Shown: positions 1 through 9,421, counted from the first letter of the stretch. The stretch: DNA of 29,596 bases from a virus (IMGVR_UViG_3300008255_004732:1-29596); one strand, 5' to 3'. The notes: a model not told the origin generated them from the letters alone. Translations and numbers: made by a program.

Positions 1-606
1 ATGATAACTATATTTCACGGAGAAAATACATCTCTAAGTAAAAAAAAACTACAAGAAAAAATATCCAAAATTGACTCTCGATGGATTGATGGAAGTAATT
101 TAAACATTAACACAGCTAGTAACCTTCTCGAAGTTAATGACTTATTTGGAAACACAAAAACCATAGTTATTTCAAACTATTTTAATATTAAATCTAGAGA
201 CTTATCGCAAATAAGCACAATAATAAAAAATAAAAGCACCGACATTGATATATACATGTGGCAGAGCAAGAAACTGACATTAAACCAAATTAAAATGTTT
301 CCTGACGCATCTGTCCATTGTTTTAATAAAAGCAACAGCGTGTTTGATTGTATATATTCCCTTAAACCTGGCAATACTAACCAGTTCATTGTCCACTATC
401 AAAACGTAGTTGAAGATAATATGTTTGATCTATTTCTGTATCTCGTCAAAAAAGAAGTTAAGAAAAAAATTAGTAACCCTAAATATAAAAAAACGTATTT
501 AAGTTTAATCGAACTAGACTTGTTAAACAAAACCGGAAAACTCGCTATAAAGAAAGAAACCGCCTTAAAGAGAACTCTTCTTCCTATCACCAAGAAAAAT
601 CTATAG
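1..606 (+). CDS. DNA polymerase III delta-like protein (short HolA-like)
   Basis: N-terminal 'MITIFHGEN', 'DLFGNTKTIVISN' and C-terminal 'LIELDLLNKTG' resemble the HolA pattern; shorter than canonical HolA. Confidence 0.55.
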   Translation: MITIFHGENTSLSKKKLQEKISKIDSRWIDGSNLNINTASNLLEVNDLFGNTKTIVISNYFNIKSRDLSQISTIIKNKSTDIDIYMWQSKKLTLNQIKMFPDASVHCFNKSNSVFDCIYSLKPGNTNQFIVHYQNVVEDNMFDLFLYLVKKEVKKKISNPKYKKTYLSLIELDLLNKTGKLAIKKETALKRTLLPITKKNL

Positions 607-641
607 TATTTTACATAAATATAGTCTATTATTTAAATATA

Positions 642-989
642 ATGACTAGCAGAAAAATACTAAAACCTTGGGGTAGCGAATTAAAATTCACAAAAAAATC
701 TTTACCTTACACCGGTAAAATAATCACCATAAAGAAGGGTAAAAGAATTTCACTTCAAAAACATTCTCAAAAAACTGAAACAATTCTATTACAGAAAGGT
801 GAGTCTTTATTAAGAATTGGCGACAAAGAAGTAAGAATGAAACCAATGTTCGGATACACTATTAAAAAAAACGTAGTTCATAGACTAACAGCCATCGAAA
901 CATCCCAACTAATCGAAGTCTCTACACCGGAAAAAGGAACAACCTTTAGAATTGAAGATGACTACAACAGAAAAAATGAAAAATTATAA
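642..989 (+). CDS. Cupin domain protein (mannose-6-phosphate isomerase type II C-terminal-like)
   Basis: 'KPWGSE', 'SLQKHSQKTET', 'VHRL' and 'EVSTPE...RIEDDY' cupin motifs. Confidence 0.8.
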   Translation: MTSRKILKPWGSELKFTKKSLPYTGKIITIKKGKRISLQKHSQKTETILLQKGESLLRIGDKEVRMKPMFGYTIKKNVVHRLTAIETSQLIEVSTPEKGTTFRIEDDYNRKNEKL

Positions 990-1004
990 TAAATTAAAAA
1001 CAAA

Positions 1005-3272
1005 ATGAAAAATATATTGTGGTTTAAAGAAGTAGGTACAGATGATATTGCTCACGTAGGTGGAAAAGGAGCAAATCTTGGAGAAATGTTCAAAATAGGT
1101 ATTCCCGTACCAAACGGATTTATAGTTACTGCAGACGCTTATTTCAATTTCATTAAAACAAATAAACTAGAAGAACCTATTAAAAGTATTTTAAAAACCA
1201 CAGATATAGACGACCCAAATCAACTTCTTTCCTCTAGCAACAAACTTAAGTCTCTAATTGTAAAATCTAAAATACCCACTGATATTGCAAGGGACATAAT
1301 GACCTCTTACAAAAAAATGTGTTCTTACGCAGGTTTAAAAAATACCCCGGTAGCCGTAAGATCTTCTGCCACAGCTGAAGATTTACCAGACGCCTCTTTT
1401 GCTGGACAACAAGAAACTTACCTCAATGTTGAAGGTGAATCTAACGTAATAAAAAGAGTTCAAGATTGCTGGGCTTCAATATTTACCCCTAGAGCTATTT
1501 TTTACCGAGAAAAAAAACATTTTGATCACTTGAAAGTAGGTGTAGCAGTACCTGTGCAGAAAATGATTAATTCAGATGTTTCTGGAATAGCCTTCTCAAT
1601 TAATCCAATAACAAACAACAAGAATCAAATAATAATCGAAACAATTTGGGGATTGGGAGAATATATCGTACAAGGAGTAGTAACTCCTGATCAACACGTA
1701 GTAGATAAAATCAATTGGGAAATTACTAGTCATAATAAAAATGAACAAAAAACACAGTTAATTAGAGCAAAGAGCGAAACTGCAAAAGCTTCTGTACCAA
1801 AATACAAACGAAACAAAACAAAATTAAGCGATGAACTAGTAATTAAACTTGCCAAAATAATTCAAAAACTTCAAGACCATTACAAAAAACCACAAGATGT
1901 AGAATTTGCTATCAAAAACAACAGTATCTTTATTGTACAAACAAGACCAATAACAACCATTGTTTCCAACAAACAAATAATTGATAAGCAGCAGTCCATT
2001 GATAAAAAAGAAGATATCCTAGGAGATCCAGCTAGTCCAGGAACATCTTCTGGAATTGTTGTAGTAATCAAATCTCCAAAAGAAATTAACAAGGTTAAAG
2101 AAGGACAAATACTCGTCACAGACATGACCACACCAGACTTTGTCCCGGCAATGAAAAAAGTAGCTGGAATAATAACGAACAAAGGTGGTCAAACATCTCA
2201 CGCAGCCATAGTATCTAGAGAATTAGGCGTTCCCTGTATTGTCGGAACAAAAAACGCAACGAAGTTGCTAAAAAATGGTGATATGGTTACGATTGATGGA
2301 ACCCAAGGCAAAGTGTGGAAAGGAGATCTGGTTGATAAGTCTATGACCCCCACAACTAAAAAAGAAAGTACGAAAAAAACTGCAACGAAAGTGTACTGTA
2401 ACCTAGGGGAACCAGATCTTGCCAAAGAAATCTCAGAAAGAAATGTTGACGGTATAGGGTTGTTGCGTGCAGAATTTATGATTGCCAATATTGGAATTCA
2501 TCCAAAAAGAATTATTTCAGAAAATAATCAGAAACTGTATATAAACAAATTATCTAAAGAAATTAAAAAATTCTGCGAAAGTTTCTCTCCTAGGCCTGTT
2601 ATATACAGGGCCACCGACTTTAAAACCAATGAATACAGACATTTAAAGTGGGGCAAGTTATACGAACCGATCGAATCAAATCCAATGCTAGGTTTTCGTG
2701 GAGCATCAAGATATATCAGCTCTCAAGATATCTTTAAAATGGAAATTGAAGCAATAAAAACAGTTAGAGACAAGTATGGCTACAAAAATCTATCCTTAAT
2801 GATACCTTTCGTCAGAACACCTCAAGAACTTGTGCAGGTAAAAAAAATTCTACACCAAAATGGACTGGTAAGATCACCCACATTCAAATTACTAATGATG
2901 GTTGAAATACCAAGTAACATCATATTGCTTGAAAAATTTATCGATGTCGGGATTGATGGAATATCAATCGGCAGCAATGATTTAACAATGCTCATACTTG
3001 GTATCGACAGAGATAACAGTGAAGTCGCAAGCTCGTTCAACGAAATGGACCCAGCAGTTTTATGGGCAATTAAGAAAGCAATTGTAACTTCAAAAAAGAG
3101 AGGTATTACAAGTTCAATTTGTGGACAAGCTCCGAGCAACCATCCTGAATTGGTAGAGAAACTAGTCAAATGGGGTGTTACTAGCATTTCAGTTTCACCT
3201 GACGCTATAACAAGAACTCGGGAAACTGTTTCCTGGGCCGAAGAAAAAATCGCATCTACAAAAAAACGATAA
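1005..3272 (+). CDS. ppsA: Phosphoenolpyruvate synthase
   Basis: 'VGGKGANLGEM', 'VAVRSSATAEDLPDASFAGQQETYLN', phospho-His motif 'GGQTSHAAIVSRELG', 'GIGLLRAEF', 'NPMLGFRG', 'SIGSNDLT', 'ICGQAPS'. Confidence 0.96.
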   Translation: MKNILWFKEVGTDDIAHVGGKGANLGEMFKIGIPVPNGFIVTADAYFNFIKTNKLEEPIKSILKTTDIDDPNQLLSSSNKLKSLIVKSKIPTDIARDIMTSYKKMCSYAGLKNTPVAVRSSATAEDLPDASFAGQQETYLNVEGESNVIKRVQDCWASIFTPRAIFYREKKHFDHLKVGVAVPVQKMINSDVSGIAFSINPITNNKNQIIIETIWGLGEYIVQGVVTPDQHVVDKINWEITSHNKNEQKTQLIRAKSETAKASVPKYKRNKTKLSDELVIKLAKIIQKLQDHYKKPQDVEFAIKNNSIFIVQTRPITTIVSNKQIIDKQQSIDKKEDILGDPASPGTSSGIVVVIKSPKEINKVKEGQILVTDMTTPDFVPAMKKVAGIITNKGGQTSHAAIVSRELGVPCIVGTKNATKLLKNGDMVTIDGTQGKVWKGDLVDKSMTPTTKKESTKKTATKVYCNLGEPDLAKEISERNVDGIGLLRAEFMIANIGIHPKRIISENNQKLYINKLSKEIKKFCESFSPRPVIYRATDFKTNEYRHLKWGKLYEPIESNPMLGFRGASRYISSQDIFKMEIEAIKTVRDKYGYKNLSLMIPFVRTPQELVQVKKILHQNGLVRSPTFKLLMMVEIPSNIILLEKFIDVGIDGISIGSNDLTMLILGIDRDNSEVASSFNEMDPAVLWAIKKAIVTSKKRGITSSICGQAPSNHPELVEKLVKWGVTSISVSPDAITRTRETVSWAEEKIASTKKR

Positions 3273-3894
3273 CTATCTCTCCTTTGTCGATATAAGAATC
3301 AGAAGGATCTTCAACGACTTCGTTCTTTTTCGTCATGTTTCTACAAACACGGATTTCAGCCCCCTCAAAAACCAATCTTATATCACTTAACGTTTTTGAT
3401 ACTCTATAAGGGGACTCAAAGCAAACCTTAATTCCGTCGATGTCCTTATATTTCTCCAATAACTTGATTCTCTGACCAGATTTCTTTGGGAGAAAACCTA
3501 AGAAGGAAAACTTTGAAACCGGAAGACCGGACAGTACAACAGCATTTATTACAGAACTAGCTCCAGGCAAAGAAGTATAGGGAAGATTTTCTGACTGGCA
3601 TTTTCTTACTAATAACCACCCAGGATCAGAAATAAGTGGAGTACCTGCGTCACTAACCAAACCCACTTTCTTATTATCTTTCAAATAAGACACAACCTCA
3701 GGAATTTTAGAAGACTCTACTTCTTCATAAAAAGAAATCAACTTGGGTTTATTCACTATTCCAAGTTTATTTAAAAGCACGCCTGTTACACGAGTATCTT
3801 CACATAAAAGATAATCTAGGTTTTTTAGCAATTCAATTGCTCTCAAACTAATATCGCCAATATTCCCAATTGGAGTAGAAATAATGTAAAGCAT
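3256..3894 (-). CDS. rsmI: 16S rRNA (cytidine1402-2'-O)-methyltransferase
   Basis: 'LYIISTPIGNIGDISLRA', 'CEDTR', 'LVSDAGTPLISDPG', 'FLGFLP', 'FESPYR', 'GEIVIV'; 3' end overlaps ppsA by 17 nt. Confidence 0.95.
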   Translation of the reverse strand: MLYIISTPIGNIGDISLRAIELLKNLDYLLCEDTRVTGVLLNKLGIVNKPKLISFYEEVESSKIPEVVSYLKDNKKVGLVSDAGTPLISDPGWLLVRKCQSENLPYTSLPGASSVINAVVLSGLPVSKFSFLGFLPKKSGQRIKLLEKYKDIDGIKVCFESPYRVSKTLSDIRLVFEGAEIRVCRNMTKKNEVVEDPSDSYIDKGEIVIVFL

Positions 3895-3967
3895 ATTTAA
3901 GAAAACTGTCTAATTATAGCTACCACGATAATATGACATTTCATCCATCAAGTGTACTGCAAAAAGT

Positions 3968-4216
3968 ATGTTTGATGCAAGTATATATCAAAGTAGATCA
4001 GAATACCAGAAGTTGGCTGATAATTTTCGCCCAAACTTCAACGTAAACAAACATTTGCAAATTGCAGATGAATATTTCAATCAGGGCATCAGGTCCTACA
4101 ATATCCTAGCTAGAAAACACGAGTGCAGTCCCACACGAATAAAGAAGATTCTAGAAGCCTTCCAAGAAAAAATATTGCCTGTTATTAACAGCATTAAAGA
4201 GGAGGATTCAAGATGA
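3968..4216 (+). CDS. Small phage protein, possible helix-turn-helix DNA-binding domain
   Basis: 'SYNILARKHECSPTRIKKIL' has HTH spacing; its stop overlaps the next start (ATGA). Confidence 0.5.
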   Translation: MFDASIYQSRSEYQKLADNFRPNFNVNKHLQIADEYFNQGIRSYNILARKHECSPTRIKKILEAFQEKILPVINSIKEEDSR

Positions 4217-4836
4217 GGTCTAGATTACAAAGGATCAATAGAAGGTCTTCTAACAAAGCGATTATTCTTAGCTTTCTGATTGTAACGTCACTACCCCTTA
4301 TATTCACCAAAATTGCAAATAACAAACATCTAAATTCTGGGGAGGTGAAGGGTAGCTATTCCGTCGGGGTTTCTCCTACACCTTCTCTTCCCCAGAGTGT
4401 AGACAAAACTCCTCAACTAATAATTGCAGTCAATGCTATCGAAAGTGAGGTAGACGAGCTCAAGGAGATCGACAACTATGTTGGTGAAGCAGTCGATGAG
4501 TTCTTCACACTTCCAGGTCAAAGAAGCGAAGTAAGAATGATAATGCACTGCCTCTTAAACAGAGAGTCAAAACACAACTACTCAAAAGGTAAAGGGGATG
4601 GAGGAAAAGCCGAAGGAATACTTCAATATCATGAAGGTACCTGGATTGGATATAGAAAAATAATGATCGAAAAAGGTCTAGCCACAGAAATAGGGTCTCA
4701 ATACGACAATAAGGAAGCTATAAGAACCACAGTCTGGGCAATCTCAGACAAAAGGGCCACTGCTTGGGGCCCAATATTAAGGTGGAAAAATGGCAGATAT
4801 ACAGAAGCCAGCTGTCCACTACCAAGTTTTTATTAA
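4213..4836 (+). CDS. Membrane-anchored lysozyme/lytic transglycosylase-like protein
   Basis: N-terminal hydrophobic helix; C-terminal 'CLLNRES' (catalytic Glu-Ser) and 'GDGGKAEGILQY..TW' (GLxQ-like motif). Confidence 0.65.
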   Translation: MRSRLQRINRRSSNKAIILSFLIVTSLPLIFTKIANNKHLNSGEVKGSYSVGVSPTPSLPQSVDKTPQLIIAVNAIESEVDELKEIDNYVGEAVDEFFTLPGQRSEVRMIMHCLLNRESKHNYSKGKGDGGKAEGILQYHEGTWIGYRKIMIEKGLATEIGSQYDNKEAIRTTVWAISDKRATAWGPILRWKNGRYTEASCPLPSFY

Positions 4837-4847
4837 TTAATTTCCTA

Positions 4848-5039
4848 ATGAACATAACGCACATAAACAAGGAAATGATCCAGATAGCAGAAAGGTATGG
4901 TGTAGATCCTCAAGATCTATGTCCCATCTGTTTTGGAATCATGGAAACAAAGTGGGAAAACAACGGGTTCAATTCACCCGAACCAACTCACTACGAAATT
5001 ACTAATTCAACCTGTAGCACTTGTGGCTACACAGCATAA
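4848..5039 (+). CDS. Small zinc-ribbon protein
   Basis: CPIC...CSTC; ATG at 4848 preferred over the track start, which lies inside the previous gene. Confidence 0.55.
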   Translation: MNITHINKEMIQIAERYGVDPQDLCPICFGIMETKWENNGFNSPEPTHYEITNSTCSTCGYTA

Positions 5040-5041
5040 CT

Positions 5042-5776
5042 ATGAAAAACAAGCAACTGTCCTTAAGAAAAAATTATTTTAATCCAACAGTCTGGCAACA
5101 GATGAAGGTAATGTCAGAGACATTAATACAGTCAAAGGCAATGCCTAAGAGCATTCAAAACGCACCACAAGCCATTATGATAATGCAAGCAGGGTACGAG
5201 ATGGGAATGAAGCCCCTCCAGGCACTGCAGGGTCTTACCATCATTAATGGAGTCATCACTACTCACGGAAAAGAAACCATAAGAAGACTTAGAGATCATG
5301 GATGGAAGATTAAATATGAAGAAAAGGAAAACGAGTGCACCGCTACCGTCACTAAAGAAAGAGAGAGCTACACCGATACCTTTAAATTTTCGGATGCCGA
5401 AAAATCAAAAAGGACCTGGAGCTACAGAAAAGACCAAAACGGATCTTATGTTAAGGACAGTAATGGATTTAAAAAAGATCTCAAGCCTGGGTGGTATGAG
5501 GGAGAGAATAGAACCGTAAAACTTAGATATGGAGTAATTTCAAAAATTCTCAAAACCTATATACCAGAGGTATTAGGAAGTGCTTCTGAGATAACTGAGA
5601 TTGCAGAAGACTATCCAGTGGATGACATTCCAACAATCGTAGAAAAAAAGGCAGATGAGGGTGTCATAGTTTCCGCTCAGAATGATAGACCAGATCTTGA
5701 ATCATTCATTGCAAACGCAAAAGCGAGAAAAGAAAGTCTGGGGAAAAAAGAAGTTAAGACGGAGGAGGTAAAGTGA
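5042..5776 (+). CDS. RecT/Red-beta-like single-strand annealing protein
   Basis: 'AGYEMGMKPLQALQGLTIINGVITTHG' and 'YIPEVLG...EIAED' resemble RecT-like proteins; sits directly upstream of a nuclease gene. Confidence 0.6.
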   Translation: MKNKQLSLRKNYFNPTVWQQMKVMSETLIQSKAMPKSIQNAPQAIMIMQAGYEMGMKPLQALQGLTIINGVITTHGKETIRRLRDHGWKIKYEEKENECTATVTKERESYTDTFKFSDAEKSKRTWSYRKDQNGSYVKDSNGFKKDLKPGWYEGENRTVKLRYGVISKILKTYIPEVLGSASEITEIAEDYPVDDIPTIVEKKADEGVIVSAQNDRPDLESFIANAKARKESLGKKEVKTEEVK

Positions 5777-7659
5777 ACAAAATCAGTCTGCCTATAGACC
5801 ACATCTCATATTCTGCCCTAAGGTCATTCTGTAGTAACCAACAAAATTTCTTCAAGCACTACATCCTCAGAATCTACGACGAGAAATCAAGTCCTTCAAT
5901 GGTAGTTGGAAAGTGTGCTCACCACTGTCTCGATGTTTACTATAAAACCGGTGACTTCGAAAAAGGTGTCAAAGAAGGAATGGATTTAATGGATAAAACT
6001 CCTAGCCAAAAAATTGATTTTGGCAAAACAGGATCCAGAGAGAAAATGATTAAGGATTATCATCAAGCTCTCCAATTCTATAGGCATGAAAAACCAGACT
6101 TAGGAAAAGTAATAGCCACTGAAGACGTTATTGTCACAGACAAGGGCTTTGATGGACTGTTACCTTTGCCAATTAAAGTGGTAAGCGACGTTGTTTCAGA
6201 GAGAAACGGCAAGTTAGTTATTTCGGACTATAAATTCACCGACAAGATTGTAAGCCCAGACGAAGAGAACGCAAATTTTATAGTCCAAGCAATGTTTAAT
6301 TATATTGGTGTCAAAGCTAAATATAATAAAGAGCCAGACTGTATGGACTTTATACAGATCAAGAAAAGTCGAAATAGCGATGGCTCTCCGCAAGTAGTCA
6401 TTTACACCATAGATTTTAAGAAACACCCAGAATATCAAAGCTACTTTAACCAACTATATGCAGATGTTTTGTATACGATAGCTGATCCTAATCACAAATA
6501 TTTACCTAACTTTGGGGATATGTTAAACGGTGAAGCAAGTTGGAAGGACTACACAAGTGAGATTGTAGATCAATCATCTCTTAAGAAGGTTAGCCATATG
6601 AGTCATCTACAAAAAAGTGAGAGGATGGTTCAGTTTGTAGAGTCAAGCTTGGAATCAGATCAAACATTAAGTAATGAGGACAAAATTAGGGTGAAATTAC
6701 AAGAATTCGGTATCCCGGTTCAAATGGAAGAGACCTACAAAGGTCTAAACGTAACACTTTACACAATGAAGCCATCAAGGGGGATAAGAATGAGTCAATT
6801 CCTGAATCATGCTCCGGACGTTGCTCTTGCTTTAGAAGCTAAGAGCGTAAGAGTTCAAGCACCTATTCCAGGAACGGGGTTAGTTGGTTTTGAAATATCG
6901 AATGAGGAACAAGGAATTGCCAAATGGAGCAAGGATGTTCTTAACAATGGAACACTAAAAATTCCAGTAGGAGTAGATGTTTATGGAAAAACCACGTACC
7001 TGGATCTGTCAAAAGCCCCACACTTAATGATTGGAGGAACAACCGGTTCAGGTAAGTCTGTATTCATGAATGTGCTTATAAGCACATTGATTAAACAGAA
7101 TACTTCTGATGACCTGCAGCTTGTCTTAATAGATCCTAAGAGAACCGAATTTTCCAATTTCAGTGATGAGAAACATCTCGTGGGTGGAGTCATAACCGAA
7201 ACAGAAGATGCAGATATTACTCTTGAGTGGGCAGTAGAAGAAATGGAGAGACGATACAAACAACTCCAAAGAGCAAAACTAAAAACCATCCAAGACTATA
7301 GAAAAAATTATCTAGATATGCCCTATATTATCATTGTAATAGATGAACTGGCCGACTTAATGTTATCTGGAGATCTCAAGGCAAATATTGAGAAAAAGAT
7401 AGTTAGGTTAGCTCAAAAAGCTAGAGCCGTAGGTATTCACTTAGTGGTAGCCACTCAAAGACCATCCGTAGACGTCATCACAGGGCTTATAAAAGCTAAT
7501 TTTCCATCAAGAGTTAGTTTCATGGTTTCTTCTTCTACTGATTCCAGAGTCATCTTAGATGAGGTAGGCGCTGAAAAGTTAATGGGCAACGGAGACCTAC
7601 TTTTAATGAATCCAAGAAATCAAGGATTAGAACGCTTACAAGGTTATTACCTAGACTAG
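5773..7659 (+). CDS. Fusion of N-terminal PD-(D/E)XK nuclease and C-terminal FtsK/SpoIIIE motor (alpha and beta domains)
   Basis: N-terminal 'HISYSAL', 'GKCAHHCL', 'SDVV...ISDYKF', 'Q...Y'; FtsK-alpha 'DVALALEAKSVRVQAPIPG...GFEISN'; Walker A 'GGTTGSGKS', 'IDPK', Walker B 'IIIVIDELADLM', 'ATQRPSVDVITG', 'GAEKLMGNGD'. Confidence 0.88.
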   Translation: MNKISLPIDHISYSALRSFCSNQQNFFKHYILRIYDEKSSPSMVVGKCAHHCLDVYYKTGDFEKGVKEGMDLMDKTPSQKIDFGKTGSREKMIKDYHQALQFYRHEKPDLGKVIATEDVIVTDKGFDGLLPLPIKVVSDVVSERNGKLVISDYKFTDKIVSPDEENANFIVQAMFNYIGVKAKYNKEPDCMDFIQIKKSRNSDGSPQVVIYTIDFKKHPEYQSYFNQLYADVLYTIADPNHKYLPNFGDMLNGEASWKDYTSEIVDQSSLKKVSHMSHLQKSERMVQFVESSLESDQTLSNEDKIRVKLQEFGIPVQMEETYKGLNVTLYTMKPSRGIRMSQFLNHAPDVALALEAKSVRVQAPIPGTGLVGFEISNEEQGIAKWSKDVLNNGTLKIPVGVDVYGKTTYLDLSKAPHLMIGGTTGSGKSVFMNVLISTLIKQNTSDDLQLVLIDPKRTEFSNFSDEKHLVGGVITETEDADITLEWAVEEMERRYKQLQRAKLKTIQDYRKNYLDMPYIIIVIDELADLMLSGDLKANIEKKIVRLAQKARAVGIHLVVATQRPSVDVITGLIKANFPSRVSFMVSSSTDSRVILDEVGAEKLMGNGDLLLMNPRNQGLERLQGYYLD

Positions 7660-7693
7660 CAGGTCGTTAGGTGTTGTAGAGGAGCCCAACACA

Positions 7694-8557
7694 ATGAAAT
7701 CAAAAAAACCATTTATCAAATTTAACTCTCAAAACGAAAAGGTATCACTTTTGTTAGCTAGGAGACCACAAGCATTTGCTCTATTGGCTCTAATAGCTAA
7801 GAGAGCAAAAAGAAACGATGATCCGTCTACTGGACTAAAAAAAGGAGAGGCCATTGTAAGCGATTTTAAGTCTTATGGAGCAACCCGTCAGTCACACAAA
7901 ACTAACCTCTCAACTCTAAAAATCAATCAACAAATAACCACTCGAATAGTCAGACTATCAACCAGTCAAGTAACTGTGGCTAAACTGGTAAGTAAGGATA
8001 TTTTTGATATTAACCTAGATATTGATAACCAGTCAACCAAACAGTCGACTAATCTCTCACCAACCAGTGAAGTCAAAAAATCAATCCCTCACCATGCTGT
8101 CAACCAACCACAAACTAAGAATATAAGAAATAAAGAAAAAGAATATAAGAATACAAAGGCAATAGAAATTTTCATATCTCACTTTAACGACAAATTTGGA
8201 AGTTCTCACAGAGTTCTCGACGGCAGAAGGATGAAGTTAGGTTCTAGGTTGAAAAAATTTAGTCTAGAAGAAATGCTCCGTGCAATAGACAACTGTTCCA
8301 AAGATAGGTTTTGTCGTGGGGAGAATGATAGAAGGTGGATCGCTAACCCAGATTATCTTCTTAGAAGTGACGAGCAGATAGACAAATGGTTAGTAACCAA
8401 GAACGATCTTAAACGCCCACAGAGTAACTTACCAAGCGAAGTGCCTAAACAGACTCCAGAGGAAAAGAAGATGGCTCTGGAAGCTCTTGAAAGAGTCCGG
8501 CAGGCCACTAGTTTTCTAGCAAGTTCAAAATCAGTTAATAATTTATCATCAAAATGA
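7694..8557 (+). CDS. Phage replication initiator-like protein
   Basis: N-terminal winged-helix-like region, S/T/Q/N-rich linker encoded by repeats, and C-terminal 'FCRGENDRRWIANPDYLLR' typical of phage replication proteins. Confidence 0.7.
   Translation: MKSKKPFIKFNSQNEKVSLLLARRPQAFALLALIAKRAKRNDDPSTGLKKGEAIVSDFKSYGATRQSHKTNLSTLKINQQITTRIVRLSTSQVTVAKLVSKDIFDINLDIDNQSTKQSTNLSPTSEVKKSIPHHAVNQPQTKNIRNKEKEYKNTKAIEIFISHFNDKFGSSHRVLDGRRMKLGSRLKKFSLEEMLRAIDNCSKDRFCRGENDRRWIANPDYLLRSDEQIDKWLVTKNDLKRPQSNLPSEVPKQTPEEKKMALEALERVRQATSFLASSKSVNNLSSK
7960..8151. repeat. Iteron-like repeats plus AT-rich repeat; candidate phage replication origin
   Basis: AACCAGTCAA at 7960 and 8027, AACCAGTGAA at 8062, further CAACC units up to 8110, then AAGAATATAAGAA at 8117 and 8139. 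Confidence 0.6.
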
Positions 8558-8844
8558 TTGAGTCAAAACAAATAGCTTTCAATCTATTCGAGACAAACAG
8601 GAGGGAATTTCTTGATTATGCTCGATGGGTAGCTAAAAGAATTTATAAAATCAAAGGTAACGTATCCACCGACGACATAAGGGGAGAAATAGGATTGCCA
8701 AAGGACCTTGACGGCAGAGTTTTTGGAGCCGTTTTTAATAGAAGGGAATGGGAGAAAGTAGGTTACAAAACAACAAACATCCCAACAAGCCACGGACGAC
8801 CCGTAGCTGTATGGATTTTAAGGAGTACTTATGAAAAAAATTAG
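8554..8844 (+). CDS. Phage hypothetical protein, possible winged helix
   Basis: 'VSTDDIR...VFGAVF...SHGRPVAVW'; coupled to neighbouring genes. Confidence 0.65.
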   Translation: MIESKQIAFNLFETNRREFLDYARWVAKRIYKIKGNVSTDDIRGEIGLPKDLDGRVFGAVFNRREWEKVGYKTTNIPTSHGRPVAVWILRSTYEKN

Positions 8845-8950
8845 AACTTTCTACAAAAAACAGGTTTTATCGAAATCAGAGATTCACCTTTCACTGTTAG
8901 CACTAAACCTTTCTCTAATAATTTTAATTATTACCTTGATAAGAAAATGA
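8831..8950 (+). CDS. 39-aa single-transmembrane peptide (not in ORF track)
   Basis: AGGAG upstream; MKKIRTFYKKQVLSKSEIHLSLLALNLSLIILIITLIRK; stop overlaps the next ATG and fills the gap exactly. Confidence 0.55.
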   Translation: MKKIRTFYKKQVLSKSEIHLSLLALNLSLIILIITLIRK

Positions 8951-9417
8951 TTAAACTTGGAAAGTGGTCGAAAATCAACCTAGAGGCAAATAGAGAGATT
9001 GCCAGGATTCGCTCCGAAAAGCATATTCATTCTTGTGAAATAAAACTAGATGAAAGGTGCTGGGGAAATACAGAAAACCATCCTTGCCATAAACACAAGA
9101 GGAATTGGTACAAGAGTGCCCCTTACCTTCTTTCTGATTACTCCCAATGGGTAATCGGATGCCCATATTGCCATGACATTATTGAAAAAGATCCGGAATT
9201 AACGCAGAAAGTCTTTAAGAGACTTAGACCAAAAACTTTATCAGAGCTTAATATTAAATCCAAGACAAAAGAATATATGAAAAATAAAACAAAACTTCCA
9301 AAGGCAACAGCACAAAAAAATAAAAAGGCAGACTGGATGAGAGAACACAAATGTATCAACTGCAAGAAGACACTCACAGGATTACTTTGTACCTGTGGGA
9401 AATTATCTGTTAAATAA
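8947..9417 (+). CDS. HNH/His-Cys nuclease-like protein with C-terminal zinc ribbon
   Basis: 'CEIKLDERC', 'HPCHKH', 'GCPYCH'; C-terminal CxxC...CxC. Confidence 0.55.
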   Translation: MIKLGKWSKINLEANREIARIRSEKHIHSCEIKLDERCWGNTENHPCHKHKRNWYKSAPYLLSDYSQWVIGCPYCHDIIEKDPELTQKVFKRLRPKTLSELNIKSKTKEYMKNKTKLPKATAQKNKKADWMREHKCINCKKTLTGLLCTCGKLSVK

Positions 9418-9421
9418 AAAA

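Noticed and set aside
3923-3934. CCACGATAATAT occurs at the host-phage junction and again at 23297-23308; possible att core
   Set aside because: A 12-nt AT-rich match is expected by chance in 30 kb, the second copy is part of a terminator hairpin, and phage genes continue beyond it.
3870-3967. dif-like site for XerCD/FtsK-mediated integration
   Set aside because: No 11-6-11 dif arrangement is visible, and the phage FtsK lacks the gamma domain that activates XerD.
5773-6600. Cas4 or CRISPR association of the nuclease domain
   Set aside because: No four-Cys Fe-S pattern, no other cas genes and no repeat-spacer array were seen in the window.
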